From a bacterium (GTDB lineage Bacteria > Patescibacteriota > Doudnabacteria > UBA920 > VMFF01): a stretch of DNA of 40,116 nucleotides. The notes under the pieces are model-generated. The model made no database searches, was not told the origin of the DNA, and was given only the letters and a program-made list of their open reading frames with translations. The position numbers and the translations under genes are program-made. The stretch is from positions 1 through 40,116 of the forward strand of contig JAKCAE010000011.1 in the NCBI GenBank assembly GCA_021842385.1, read 5' to 3'. Positions within the stretch are counted from its first letter, which is position 1. Each line of letters opens with the position of its first letter. Below, piece by piece: positions 9,555-18,166 of the stretch.

Positions 9555-10055
9555 TTAGCAAAGACTGTCGCTGATGTCAGCGGTGGTACCGACCAGGACA
9601 GCATCGTGATCGCCATCGCCATTCGGCGACGCGACAGCTGCCTCGAAGGTTCGAGGCGCACTGCGCCGTGACGTCAGCAGACGCACTACCCGAACATACC
9701 AGGTGTCGTGGATGGTGCCGTCTGGCTCTTCGACTGTCATGATCTCGACACTGACCCAGTCATACCAGGCCGGACCATGGTGGTTTTCCGGCCTGGGATC
9801 GATCCTGGCCAAGACAGCCTTGATTTGGTCAGTGATGCTGAGATTGGCTGGCCCGCATTCCATGAGCCAGCTCTCAGCTTCAATGGTGCCTTGGCTGAGC
9901 CCGGCGTTTTGGAAGACCGTCATCCAGCTCTTCTTGGGCTGGTGCAGATCTTGAGAGATCTGATCCACAACGATACGGCCAACCACGAGAATGGCCAAAA
10001 CCACCACGACGAAGCCTAATGCCAGAACAACTAGGATGCTCATGTCCGAGCCCAT
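9555..10055 (-). CDS. GC-rich orphan membrane-anchored protein (cassette 1)
   Basis: Probable ATG 10055 (MGSDMSIL) with GGAGG at 10064-10068; N-terminal TM; 39/60 G+C counted in 9601-9660. Confidence 0.65.
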   Translation of the reverse strand: MGSDMSILVVLALGFVVVVLAILVVGRIVVDQISQDLHQPKKSWMTVFQNAGLSQGTIEAESWLMECGPANLSITDQIKAVLARIDPRPENHHGPAWYDWVSVEIMTVEEPDGTIHDTWYVRVVRLLTSRRSAPRTFEAAVASPNGDGDHDAVLVGTTADISDSLC

Positions 10056-10216
10056 AACCACAGCCTCCGCGAAGGGGTACAGACCACGTGCGTGAACTAT
10101 TCCACCAAGCGCACCTTGCGCTTTCAAACAACGAATATTAACCCTTCTTTAAACTGTTGTATATATTCCCATAAAATATAGATAAAATCAAGGGATAGGT
10201 TTACTCCTCCCCATAA

Positions 10217-10284
10217 TGGCTTATCTAAGCCAAATGTGGAAAAAAAACCGCATATCTAAGCCATTTTTTGGCTTAGATTAGCCA
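10217..10284. promoter_or_regulatory. Three 16-bp palindromic boxes, consensus TGGCTTA-nn-TAAGCCA
   Basis: 10217-10232 TGGCTTATCTAAGCCA; 10248-10263 CCGCATATCTAAGCCA; 10269-10284 TGGCTTAGATTAGCCA. Confidence 0.7.
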
Positions 10285-10290
10285 AAAACC

Positions 10291-10319
10291 TTGATTTTGA
10301 TGTTCATAGCTGGTAGTAT
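10291..10319 (+). promoter_or_regulatory. Sigma70-type promoter for the LysM/CHAP gene
   Basis: TTGATT-17 bp-TAGTAT with extended TG. Confidence 0.6.
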
Positions 10320-10607
10320 GTGTTAGTTCGGAGTAAACATTAAACCAAGTATTTAGGTTTATTTTCATTTCAGGATACCTTTGCCAAAAGGCTTGCAGAA
10401 CGATAAAAAATACGCCAAACACTTGGAATCGGGGTATATATAAAAGGGTACGTAAACACGCTCAAGCAGTTTCTCCAGAAAGCTTTTGAAACACAGAAAA
10501 GCAAACTGCCTGAAGCTAAAAAATCTGCAAGCAGATACGTCAAAGTTGTTAGCTCCAGCGTTGAAAAGCATTTCAACTCATTCCATGCCCTACACTCACC
10601 TTTAAAG

Positions 10608-11684
10608 ATGGGGCGTTTGGACTATACTTTCAAATTCAGCACAGAACTCATTGTTGCTGGTCTTTCAGTTATTGTCATATCAGGAAATATCTTTGCCGGA
10701 GCACACTTTACTCAAGCAACCAACTCATTTACAAAACTGCTCTCCTACCACCCAGATCAAAACCCCGCTCTCTACAACAAAGCAACAACAGTAAAAACAG
10801 TAATTGCTCAAAATAACAATACAATCATCCCTTCCGCATCTGCTCAAGTAGTTTTGGCATCAAACGATGCATTAGCCAACACTATTCAAGCAAATGAAAA
10901 CGCCACAGCCTCAGTAATCACAGAAAACACCATTCAGAAGGAAAACCCAGACAACATCAAAAAGCTTGTTGTTGATCAAATCAAAGTATATGACACTGTT
11001 AAAGGTGATACCTTAAAAACAATAGCTGACAAATTTGGTATTAGCTCTGAAACAATCATCTGGGCAAACAATTTACCAAGCTCAACTATAAAGCCTGGCT
11101 GGAACCTTGTAATCTTGCCAACTAGCGGTGTTTTGCATAAAGTCACAAACAACGATACTCTTCCTGACATTGCTAAAAAATACAAGGTTGATATAGACAA
11201 AATAATCGCCTACAACGGATTAGAGGATGACTCTGACATTGAACCAGGCGATCTTTTAATTATCCCTGGTGGCGTAATTATTACTCCTGCTAAACCAAAA
11301 CCAGCAATTAAACATACTCTTCCGGGGAATGTTTCAGTATATGAACCACAAATCGGCGGCAATGATAGCGATGAGCATATCTTCCCATGGGGACAGTGCA
11401 CCTGGTATGTTGCTTCCAGAAGAAAAATTACGTTTGGCGGAAATGCTAAAAACTGGCTAACTAATGCCCGTGCCGCAGGATACTCAACAGGAAACTACCC
11501 AACAGTCGGATCTGTAGTCGTTACAACAGAAAACAGACGCTATGGACACGTTGCCTATGTTGAAAAGGTTGATGAGGAAGAAGGCACCATAACAGTTTCT
11601 GAATCAAACTACATAAGAAAAGGGTTCATTGATACAAGAAAGATAGACATGGGAAGTAAAGTAATTCGCGGATATATATATTAA
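10608..11684 (+). CDS. LysM-LysM-CHAP peptidoglycan hydrolase
   Basis: Two LysM repeats (YDTVKGDTLKTIADKFGIS, HKVTNNDTLPDIAKKYKV); CHAP motifs WGQCTWYV, YGHVAYVE, VSESNY. Confidence 0.92.
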   Translation: MGRLDYTFKFSTELIVAGLSVIVISGNIFAGAHFTQATNSFTKLLSYHPDQNPALYNKATTVKTVIAQNNNTIIPSASAQVVLASNDALANTIQANENATASVITENTIQKENPDNIKKLVVDQIKVYDTVKGDTLKTIADKFGISSETIIWANNLPSSTIKPGWNLVILPTSGVLHKVTNNDTLPDIAKKYKVDIDKIIAYNGLEDDSDIEPGDLLIIPGGVIITPAKPKPAIKHTLPGNVSVYEPQIGGNDSDEHIFPWGQCTWYVASRRKITFGGNAKNWLTNARAAGYSTGNYPTVGSVVVTTENRRYGHVAYVEKVDEEEGTITVSESNYIRKGFIDTRKIDMGSKVIRGYIY

Positions 11685-11695
11685 AGAAACAATAC

Positions 11696-11726
11696 AAAAG
11701 ACCGGCTAAGTTAAGCCGGTCTTTTT
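11696..11726. terminator. Bidirectional terminator between convergent genes
   Basis: aaaagaccggct-aagtta-agccggtctttt. Confidence 0.85.
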
Positions 11727-11734
11727 AAATATCC

Positions 11735-13501
11735 CTACTTAATTCCACCCACTGTATTAGGATCATTTGCTGTTGTAATATCATCAGCAGTTAAATTAAC
11801 AGGAACTGCCACAAACGAATCTGTACCGTTAAAAACAATATTGCTTACCAAAGTCATCTGAGATCCTCTGTTAGTTGTACCCGGCGTAATACTTACATTA
11901 AACTGCAAATTTCTGCTAGGCACAAACTCCCCGGCATGCGCAGGAACTGAACCGATATTCCAAACAAGTTTTTTAATACTCTGGTCATAGGAAACATTAG
12001 CAACCTCTTCAGGATTTAAAGACTTAGTATCAAAAGAAGAAGAATTAGGAAGATTTAAAGTTAACTTAGAACCAGAAATGTCATTTGTTGAATTGCTTAA
12101 AGCAATATTAACCTGATATGTTGTAACACTGCCGACTTTAGCAGGTTTTGCTCCACTGTAATATGTTAAGGAAGTTGAAAGATCAGCATCAGTCAAAACC
12201 TTTAAAATACTGCTTTGGCCCTTAAAAGGCTGTGTGTTTTCATTACTTCTAATCTCAGAAGCAACTGAAACAGAAATATTTTTTTGACTTGTCCTGGTTA
12301 TGGGACTTTTCAAAGAAACAGTAAACCTTAAATCACCGCCATCTCCTGGAGCAAGTGCTGCTAACTTAGAAATCTGCGCTCCATCCCATGAAACCACGTT
12401 ATTATCAACAACAGCACCCTCTGCACGAATTGATTCAAGGTCATATGCTGCACTTGGTGCAAGAGTTGCGCTTAGATGCACTCCTGTTGCTACAAAACTA
12501 CTATTATTCTTGTAACTAACTTTGTAAATTAGGTGGTCCCCTGCTTTAACATAGTTTGCGTTTGAGGTTGCATCAATACTAACATCTGCAGAAAGCGGCT
12601 GACTTGAAATATCAACAAAAAGCTGGGCAGCTGTTAGAGCAAAGCTTGGATCCCCTTTTATAGAACCATTAGCTTGCACAGAAATTGTTAACTGATCCCC
12701 TGTATGCGCACCTTTAAAATTACCAAGGAGCTTAATTTGACCGCTTTGATTTGCTTTAAGATCCCCAATATTCCAGGTGCTATTAAAATTAGCCTTAGGC
12801 TCTGAAGACAAAACATTAAACTCCTTAGGCAGGGTTGCTGAAATGGAAAAACTTGAAATAGTTTCTGTCGTAAAATTAGAATATGAGACAATATATGTCA
12901 CATCCTCTGAGGCATTAACACTTCCCGGTCCGTCAATTTGTATGGCTACATCTGCGGTCTTAATCTGTGTTTGACTTTGTGCTGAAGCAACGAACTCAGA
13001 GGTGTTGGTGTTAGAAAAACGGTAATGCATTATGGCATTTAAAGTCTTAGTTTCTGAAGCATTACCAACAACGTCTCCTTTAATCATAATCGTTGTTTCC
13101 TGACTTGGGTCAAGCGGCGGCAAACCAAACTGGGTACCGTTTAACTTTGTTGGTTTTGGCACGCTGTCTAAAAAAGTAAACCCTTGAGGATATACTAAAT
13201 CCAAACTGATATTTTTGATGCTGTCTGAATCGTTGTTTTTAACGCGAACTTTGTATATTAACTCAGAACCCGTGGCAACTGTCTGGGGAGCATCAATGCT
13301 TAAGGTGACTTTTGGTTGAATGTTTTTAGAAGAGCTGGGTGTACGAAAGATGAAATATATTGCAACTGAAAGCACGAGTACAGAAGCCACAATAGTCCAG
13401 ATTGCCCATTTGTTCTGCTTGTAAAAAGAAACCGGAGCCTCTGGCTCTGTTGCTGGTATATTGGGCTGTTTTGGCGTTGTTTGTATTTGTATTTCTGTCA
13501 T
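11735..13501 (-). CDS. Membrane-anchored multi-Ig-like (DUF11-like) protein
   Basis: N-terminal TM; about four beta-sandwich repeats (GSELIYKVRVKN, DVTYIVSYSN, GDHLIYKVSYKN, GSVTTYQVNIALSN). Confidence 0.75.
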   Translation of the reverse strand: MTEIQIQTTPKQPNIPATEPEAPVSFYKQNKWAIWTIVASVLVLSVAIYFIFRTPSSSKNIQPKVTLSIDAPQTVATGSELIYKVRVKNNDSDSIKNISLDLVYPQGFTFLDSVPKPTKLNGTQFGLPPLDPSQETTIMIKGDVVGNASETKTLNAIMHYRFSNTNTSEFVASAQSQTQIKTADVAIQIDGPGSVNASEDVTYIVSYSNFTTETISSFSISATLPKEFNVLSSEPKANFNSTWNIGDLKANQSGQIKLLGNFKGAHTGDQLTISVQANGSIKGDPSFALTAAQLFVDISSQPLSADVSIDATSNANYVKAGDHLIYKVSYKNNSSFVATGVHLSATLAPSAAYDLESIRAEGAVVDNNVVSWDGAQISKLAALAPGDGGDLRFTVSLKSPITRTSQKNISVSVASEIRSNENTQPFKGQSSILKVLTDADLSTSLTYYSGAKPAKVGSVTTYQVNIALSNSTNDISGSKLTLNLPNSSSFDTKSLNPEEVANVSYDQSIKKLVWNIGSVPAHAGEFVPSRNLQFNVSITPGTTNRGSQMTLVSNIVFNGTDSFVAVPVNLTADDITTANDPNTVGGIK

Positions 13502-13516
13502 AGATTCAGTGTATAT

Positions 13517-14251
13517 TTAAAGTTTACCTAATAACTCCGAGGCATTCAAATCGCGTTCTAAAATATGCTTTGCAAAAGACACAACTAAACGATGGATCTC
13601 AGCCGAAAACTCTGCCCCTTCTTGATCAATTTCTTCAAAATCTTTTTGCTGGCTTTGTAAATTAGCGTGCTTTGAAACAAGGGTATATACAGAATTACTG
13701 ACTTTCAAAGCATCAGAAATCTTTAAAGCGCAGGACTCGCAGACAAAACCTCCTCTTCTGTTGCTAAAAGAAACATTTTCTGAAAGTTTCTTGCCGCAAA
13801 GCACACAGTTTTTTGCACTCAAAGCATAACCTGACAAAGCCAAAAGCTCTAAAACAAAAATATCTGTACAAACATGCTTTGAAACAGCGGAAACGTCAAG
13901 ATGTCGCAAAAGCTCTAAAAACAAATCAAAGATTTCAGAGTTTTCTTCCTGATCAGCGGTTGATTTTAACAAAACCTCTAAAGCATACAAAGCATAGGAA
14001 GCTTTTTGCGGATTTGAATATATGTTCTGAAAAACCTCCAAGGATTTTACTCCCGTAACTGTTGGTAGTTTTTTGTTGGGTAATAGCTCGAGCTCTGTTA
14101 AAAAAAAGGTTTGCAAGGCATGAGAAAGTTTGCTCTTTGGTGACTTCACTGAACGCGCAAGCGCGCGAACCTTGCCAAGTTCGCGCGTATATATTGTTAA
14201 TATCTCGCTGCCTTCAGAAAAAAGGCTTTTCTTCAGAACTATCGCTTTCAT
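13517..14251 (-). CDS. recO: DNA repair protein RecO
   Basis: MKAIVLK..EGSEILTIYTRELGKV..ARSVKSPKSKL; C4 zinc motif CVLC..GGFVCESC; ATGA overlap with the ileS stop. Confidence 0.93.
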   Translation of the reverse strand: MKAIVLKKSLFSEGSEILTIYTRELGKVRALARSVKSPKSKLSHALQTFFLTELELLPNKKLPTVTGVKSLEVFQNIYSNPQKASYALYALEVLLKSTADQEENSEIFDLFLELLRHLDVSAVSKHVCTDIFVLELLALSGYALSAKNCVLCGKKLSENVSFSNRRGGFVCESCALKISDALKVSNSVYTLVSKHANLQSQQKDFEEIDQEGAEFSAEIHRLVVSFAKHILERDLNASELLGKL

Positions 14252-17232
14252 ACTTTTTGAATTCCCAGCCAAATTGCTTTGTCTTCAATCAAAAGCTGTG
14301 CTTCAATTTCAGGCTCTACCTCTAACTCTTTTTTAACCTGAACGACAAATGTTTTCTTGCGATCAAACTTGTTGATTAAAGCCATCTCCAAACTAACAGC
14401 TTGGGTGTTGTAATACAAATCAATCAAATCTCCAACTTTCAAGCCATTTTTCTTGCGCAGATCCTGAACTTGTCTTTCTAACTCTCTGGCATAGCCTTCT
14501 TCTTTTAATTCAGGGGTTAACTTTGTGCTTAAAAGAATCTGAAACTCAGAATTTTCTTTGAAAACTGTTTCTGGCATTTCTGAAATCTCCGGACTTTGAT
14601 GAACCTCTTTAACATTAAGTTCCTCTGAAAGGATTGCCGAAAGCTCAATAGAAAACTCCAAAGTGCCTGTCTTTGATTTGTAAGCAACATATTCCAAAGG
14701 CTGCCTTACTTTAATATTAGCCTCTTTTCTTGCAGACAAACCAAGCTCAACTATATCCCTTAGAGTCTGCATTTGTACGATGAGGGCTTTTTCTGATTCT
14801 GAAAGTTCAGAAACATTAACATTCCAAGATGCTAAATGCACGCTTTCATTGCCTGTCAAATCACGGTAGATGGTTTCTGAAATGAACGGCATAATCGGAG
14901 CAAGCAACTTTGAAAGTTCCATTAAAACATAACCCAAAACATGCAAAGATGTTTTTGCTTGATCATCACTGCTCTTAAAACGATCTCTGCTTCTTCTGAC
15001 ATACCAGGTTGAAAGGTCGTTGATGAAGCGCAAAACCGGTTTTGTTGCTCTGACCGTGTCATAGGCGTCCATTTGTTTTGTTACTTCAAGCTGCAATTCC
15101 TTCAAGAGCGCAAGAATCCAAAGATCCAAAACGTTTTCTGAAGAAGGAACAGAACCAGGATCAGATATTTTTTCGCTGCTGTACATCCTTAAAAAGCTAT
15201 GCACGTTTCCCAAAAGCAGGGTTATCTTCTTGTATATTTCATCCAAATCTTTTTCTGAAAAAGAAAGATTCTCTCCCTGCATCACAGGAGAAGACATCAA
15301 GTAAAAACGCAATGCATCAGCGCCATACTTGTCAAAGATCAACCAAGGATCAGGAAAGTTCTTTTTAGACTTTGACATTTTCTGGCCGTCTTCTGCCAGA
15401 ACAACTCCTGTAGTGACAACGTTTTCAAAAGGAGCCTGATCCCACAAAATCGCACTCATCACATGCATGACATAGAACCAGGCGCGGGTTTGATTGATGT
15501 ACTCTGCAACAAATTGCGCTGGTCTTCTTTGCTGCACTGCTTCTTTGTTTTCAAAAGGATAATGAAACTCAGCAAAAGGCATGCTTGCTGATTCCACCCA
15601 GCAATCAACAACCTCAGGAACTCTTTGCATGTCATGGCCGCAAACACCGCAAGACATCTTGATCTGGTCAATATATGGCTTATGCAAATCAACCTCAGAT
15701 ATATTTTCTGACTTGTAAACCTCATTGTAATTCAAAGCTTTTTCTGAAAGCTCTTTTAATGACCCTATGCAAATTGATCTGCCGCAGCTTTTGCTGCTGC
15801 ACTTCCAAAACGGCAGTGGTGTTGCCCAGTACCTGTTCCTTGAAATATTCCAATCAGGGGCGCTTTCCAAACCCTTTTTAAAACGTCCTTCTTTTAGATG
15901 CTCTGGATACCAATTAATATTTTCATTCAGCTCTAAAAGCCTTGGTTTAATCTTTTGGATATTAATAAACCAGGAAGGAAGAGCGCTGTAATACAACCTG
16001 GTGCCGCAACGCCAGCAAAAAGGAACTGAGTGTGTGTATACCTCTTTTTTAAAGAGAAGATTGTTTTCTTCTAGGGCTTTAACAATTTCAGGCTCTGTAT
16101 CTTTGTAAAACTTACCCTTTAAAAAATTAGGTGCTTGCTCATTAAACACTCCCTGAGCATTAAGCAGCTGAACTGCAGGCAGCCCAACTTTTAATCCAAG
16201 CTCGTAATCTTCTTCGCCATACATCACAGCAGTATGCACAATACCAGTGCCATCCTCTATGGTCACAAAGTCAGCTGCATAGACTTTAAAAGACTTTTCA
16301 GATTGCAAAACAGGAACCTCAAAAAGCGGCTTGTAAGCTAGACCAACAAGCTCTGAACCTTTAAACTCTTTTTCAACCTTTGGATTATTAAACAAAACCT
16401 CAGCTTTTGCTTTTTCAAGAATATACAAAGCATCTTCAATTCCATCTTCCAAATCCCCTGCACCTGGCTTAACCAAAACATAATCAATATTAGGACCTAC
16501 TGCCATGGCAACATTCCCAGGCAATGTCCAAGGCGTTGTTGTCCAGGCAAGCAAATATGTTTTTGCACCAAACTTGCTGTTTAAAACCTCCGCCTTAACA
16601 ATGACGGAGTCTTCTGAAACATCATCATATGAATTGTCAGAAGCAACCTCAAAATTTGAAACAGGAGTTTCACAACGCGGACAATACATCAAAACTTTAC
16701 GACCTTCATAGATCAAACCCTTGTCCCAGGTTTGTTTCAAAGCCCACCAAACAGATTCCATGTATGCAGAATCCATGGTTTTGTAGGAATCATCAAAATC
16801 AACAAAACGTGCCATTCTTCTGACAGTTTTTCGCCACTCTTCAACATACCTTAAAACATCAGTACGGCATTTGTTGTTGAAAGTATCAACACCGATTTTT
16901 TCAATTTCTTTTTTTCCGGAAATTCCAAGCTCTTGCTCAACAAGCTGTTCAATCGGCAAACCATGACAATCCCAACCCCAGCGTCTTCTGACAAAACGTC
17001 CTTTCATTGTCCAATATCTGCCAAAAACATCCTTTGCCGTAGAACCTAAAATATGTCCGTAATGAGGAAGACCTGTGGCAAAAGGAGGACCATCGTAGAA
17101 AACATACGGCGGATTAGCTTCATTCTGCTTTAAAGACTTTTCAAAAATCTTTTCTTTGTCCCAATATTCTAAAAGACTAACTTCTTTCAAAGCAGCACTT
17201 TGTTTTTCTGTGTTTTGTTCTTGTTCTGTCAT
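14248..17232 (-). CDS. ileS: Isoleucyl-tRNA synthetase (IleRS2-type)
   Basis: DGPPFATGLPHYGH, WDCHGLP, WTTTPWTLP, ISRNRYW, KMSKS; C-terminus without the IleRS1 zinc finger. Confidence 0.96.
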   Translation of the reverse strand: MTEQEQNTEKQSAALKEVSLLEYWDKEKIFEKSLKQNEANPPYVFYDGPPFATGLPHYGHILGSTAKDVFGRYWTMKGRFVRRRWGWDCHGLPIEQLVEQELGISGKKEIEKIGVDTFNNKCRTDVLRYVEEWRKTVRRMARFVDFDDSYKTMDSAYMESVWWALKQTWDKGLIYEGRKVLMYCPRCETPVSNFEVASDNSYDDVSEDSVIVKAEVLNSKFGAKTYLLAWTTTPWTLPGNVAMAVGPNIDYVLVKPGAGDLEDGIEDALYILEKAKAEVLFNNPKVEKEFKGSELVGLAYKPLFEVPVLQSEKSFKVYAADFVTIEDGTGIVHTAVMYGEEDYELGLKVGLPAVQLLNAQGVFNEQAPNFLKGKFYKDTEPEIVKALEENNLLFKKEVYTHSVPFCWRCGTRLYYSALPSWFINIQKIKPRLLELNENINWYPEHLKEGRFKKGLESAPDWNISRNRYWATPLPFWKCSSKSCGRSICIGSLKELSEKALNYNEVYKSENISEVDLHKPYIDQIKMSCGVCGHDMQRVPEVVDCWVESASMPFAEFHYPFENKEAVQQRRPAQFVAEYINQTRAWFYVMHVMSAILWDQAPFENVVTTGVVLAEDGQKMSKSKKNFPDPWLIFDKYGADALRFYLMSSPVMQGENLSFSEKDLDEIYKKITLLLGNVHSFLRMYSSEKISDPGSVPSSENVLDLWILALLKELQLEVTKQMDAYDTVRATKPVLRFINDLSTWYVRRSRDRFKSSDDQAKTSLHVLGYVLMELSKLLAPIMPFISETIYRDLTGNESVHLASWNVNVSELSESEKALIVQMQTLRDIVELGLSARKEANIKVRQPLEYVAYKSKTGTLEFSIELSAILSEELNVKEVHQSPEISEMPETVFKENSEFQILLSTKLTPELKEEGYARELERQVQDLRKKNGLKVGDLIDLYYNTQAVSLEMALINKFDRKKTFVVQVKKELEVEPEIEAQLLIEDKAIWLGIQKV

Positions 17233-17245
17233 ATTTTAAATATAT

Positions 17246-17390
17246 TAAAAACACCGTAACTGAAGAGCCCTTTCTTAGGACGGTACCATCTTCATTGGTG
17301 CTTGATTATGCTTTTTACGCAAAGCTTGCGGACTGGTCTACTTAATATTTCTTCAGTCAGCTCCCTGATTGATGTATCAGGTCAAACGCT
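17246..17390 (-). promoter_or_regulatory. ileS T-box riboswitch with ultrashort Stem I (specifier AUC)
   Basis: Minus strand: GCGTTTGA-CCTGAT-ACATCA-ATCAGG-GAGC; Stem II GACTGAAGAA..AGTAGACCAGTC; antiterminator GAAGA-TGGTACC-GTCC..GGGC-TCTTC; alternative TACCGT..ACGGTG-TTTTT. Confidence 0.85.
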
Positions 17391-17499
17391 TTTCTTTAGT
17401 ATACCAGAAAAACAAATATTCTCCAAAAAACAACTAAGGCTGTCGAAATCATCATGACTTCGAACAGCCCTAGTGCGTAACCCCTCAACTTCCTCCTAA

Positions 17500-18036
17500 C
17501 TATTCTGCAAGCAGCTCCTTCAGCTTGACCTGGCCGGTCATCAAGGCTTTGGCTGCGCGATACACCTTGTAGACGAACACGCGAATCGGCCCGCGCGTGT
17601 ACCACTGGACCGAGTAAGGATCGTATGGCACCTGAACCTCGGCTCGAGAGATCCAGGAGTGCTTGATTCCGCGCTCAGCGAGCTGCCGTCTTAGCAACAT
17701 ACGGCAGAAACGGTAGTGCTCTTCTTTGCAGAGAAGCACGAAGTTTACCTTGCTGAGATTGAAACCACGCTCGACAAGCCCGTCGAGATGACCTTTCACG
17801 ATGAGATGAGAATCGCGCGAGTACTTGCGCTCGTGCGCTATCCCTTCGACAACACATTGGGACCAGAACCCGTTTAGCTCGACGATGTAGTTAATCTCCT
17901 TCTGAAAGGAACGATGCACGAACTCGTTCCAATGTGCAATTGCCCACCAGGCCATAACCTGGTTGCTGTAGCCTGGTTCCCAACTCGAGCCTTTTCTCCG
18001 AAAACCCCAGGAGAAGCCCAGCAGTACCTGCTCCAT
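17500..18036 (-). CDS. GC-rich orphan protein (cassette 2)
   Basis: 178 aa ORF; GGAGG at 18041-18045; TTGACA-17-CAAGAT upstream; hairpin ~17438-17469 downstream; 37/60 G+C in 17581-17640. Confidence 0.7.
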   Translation of the reverse strand: MEQVLLGFSWGFRRKGSSWEPGYSNQVMAWWAIAHWNEFVHRSFQKEINYIVELNGFWSQCVVEGIAHERKYSRDSHLIVKGHLDGLVERGFNLSKVNFVLLCKEEHYRFCRMLLRRQLAERGIKHSWISRAEVQVPYDPYSVQWYTRGPIRVFVYKVYRAAKALMTGQVKLKELLAE

Positions 18037-18166
18037 CCCGCCTCCGTATCAACAGTGTGGTATAGAAAAGCAATATTGCGAGACTAAACATCTTGCCATT
18101 ATCAAGACTCCTTGTCAACGGGGTATTAAAAAAACACCCACACTTGTGGGTATTAAAAAAACAAAA

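Noticed and set aside
10200-10290. CRISPR array or replication origin
   Set aside because: Only three 16-bp boxes with 5-15 bp gaps, no cas genes, and only isolated imperfect DnaA-like 9-mers (10235, 30291).
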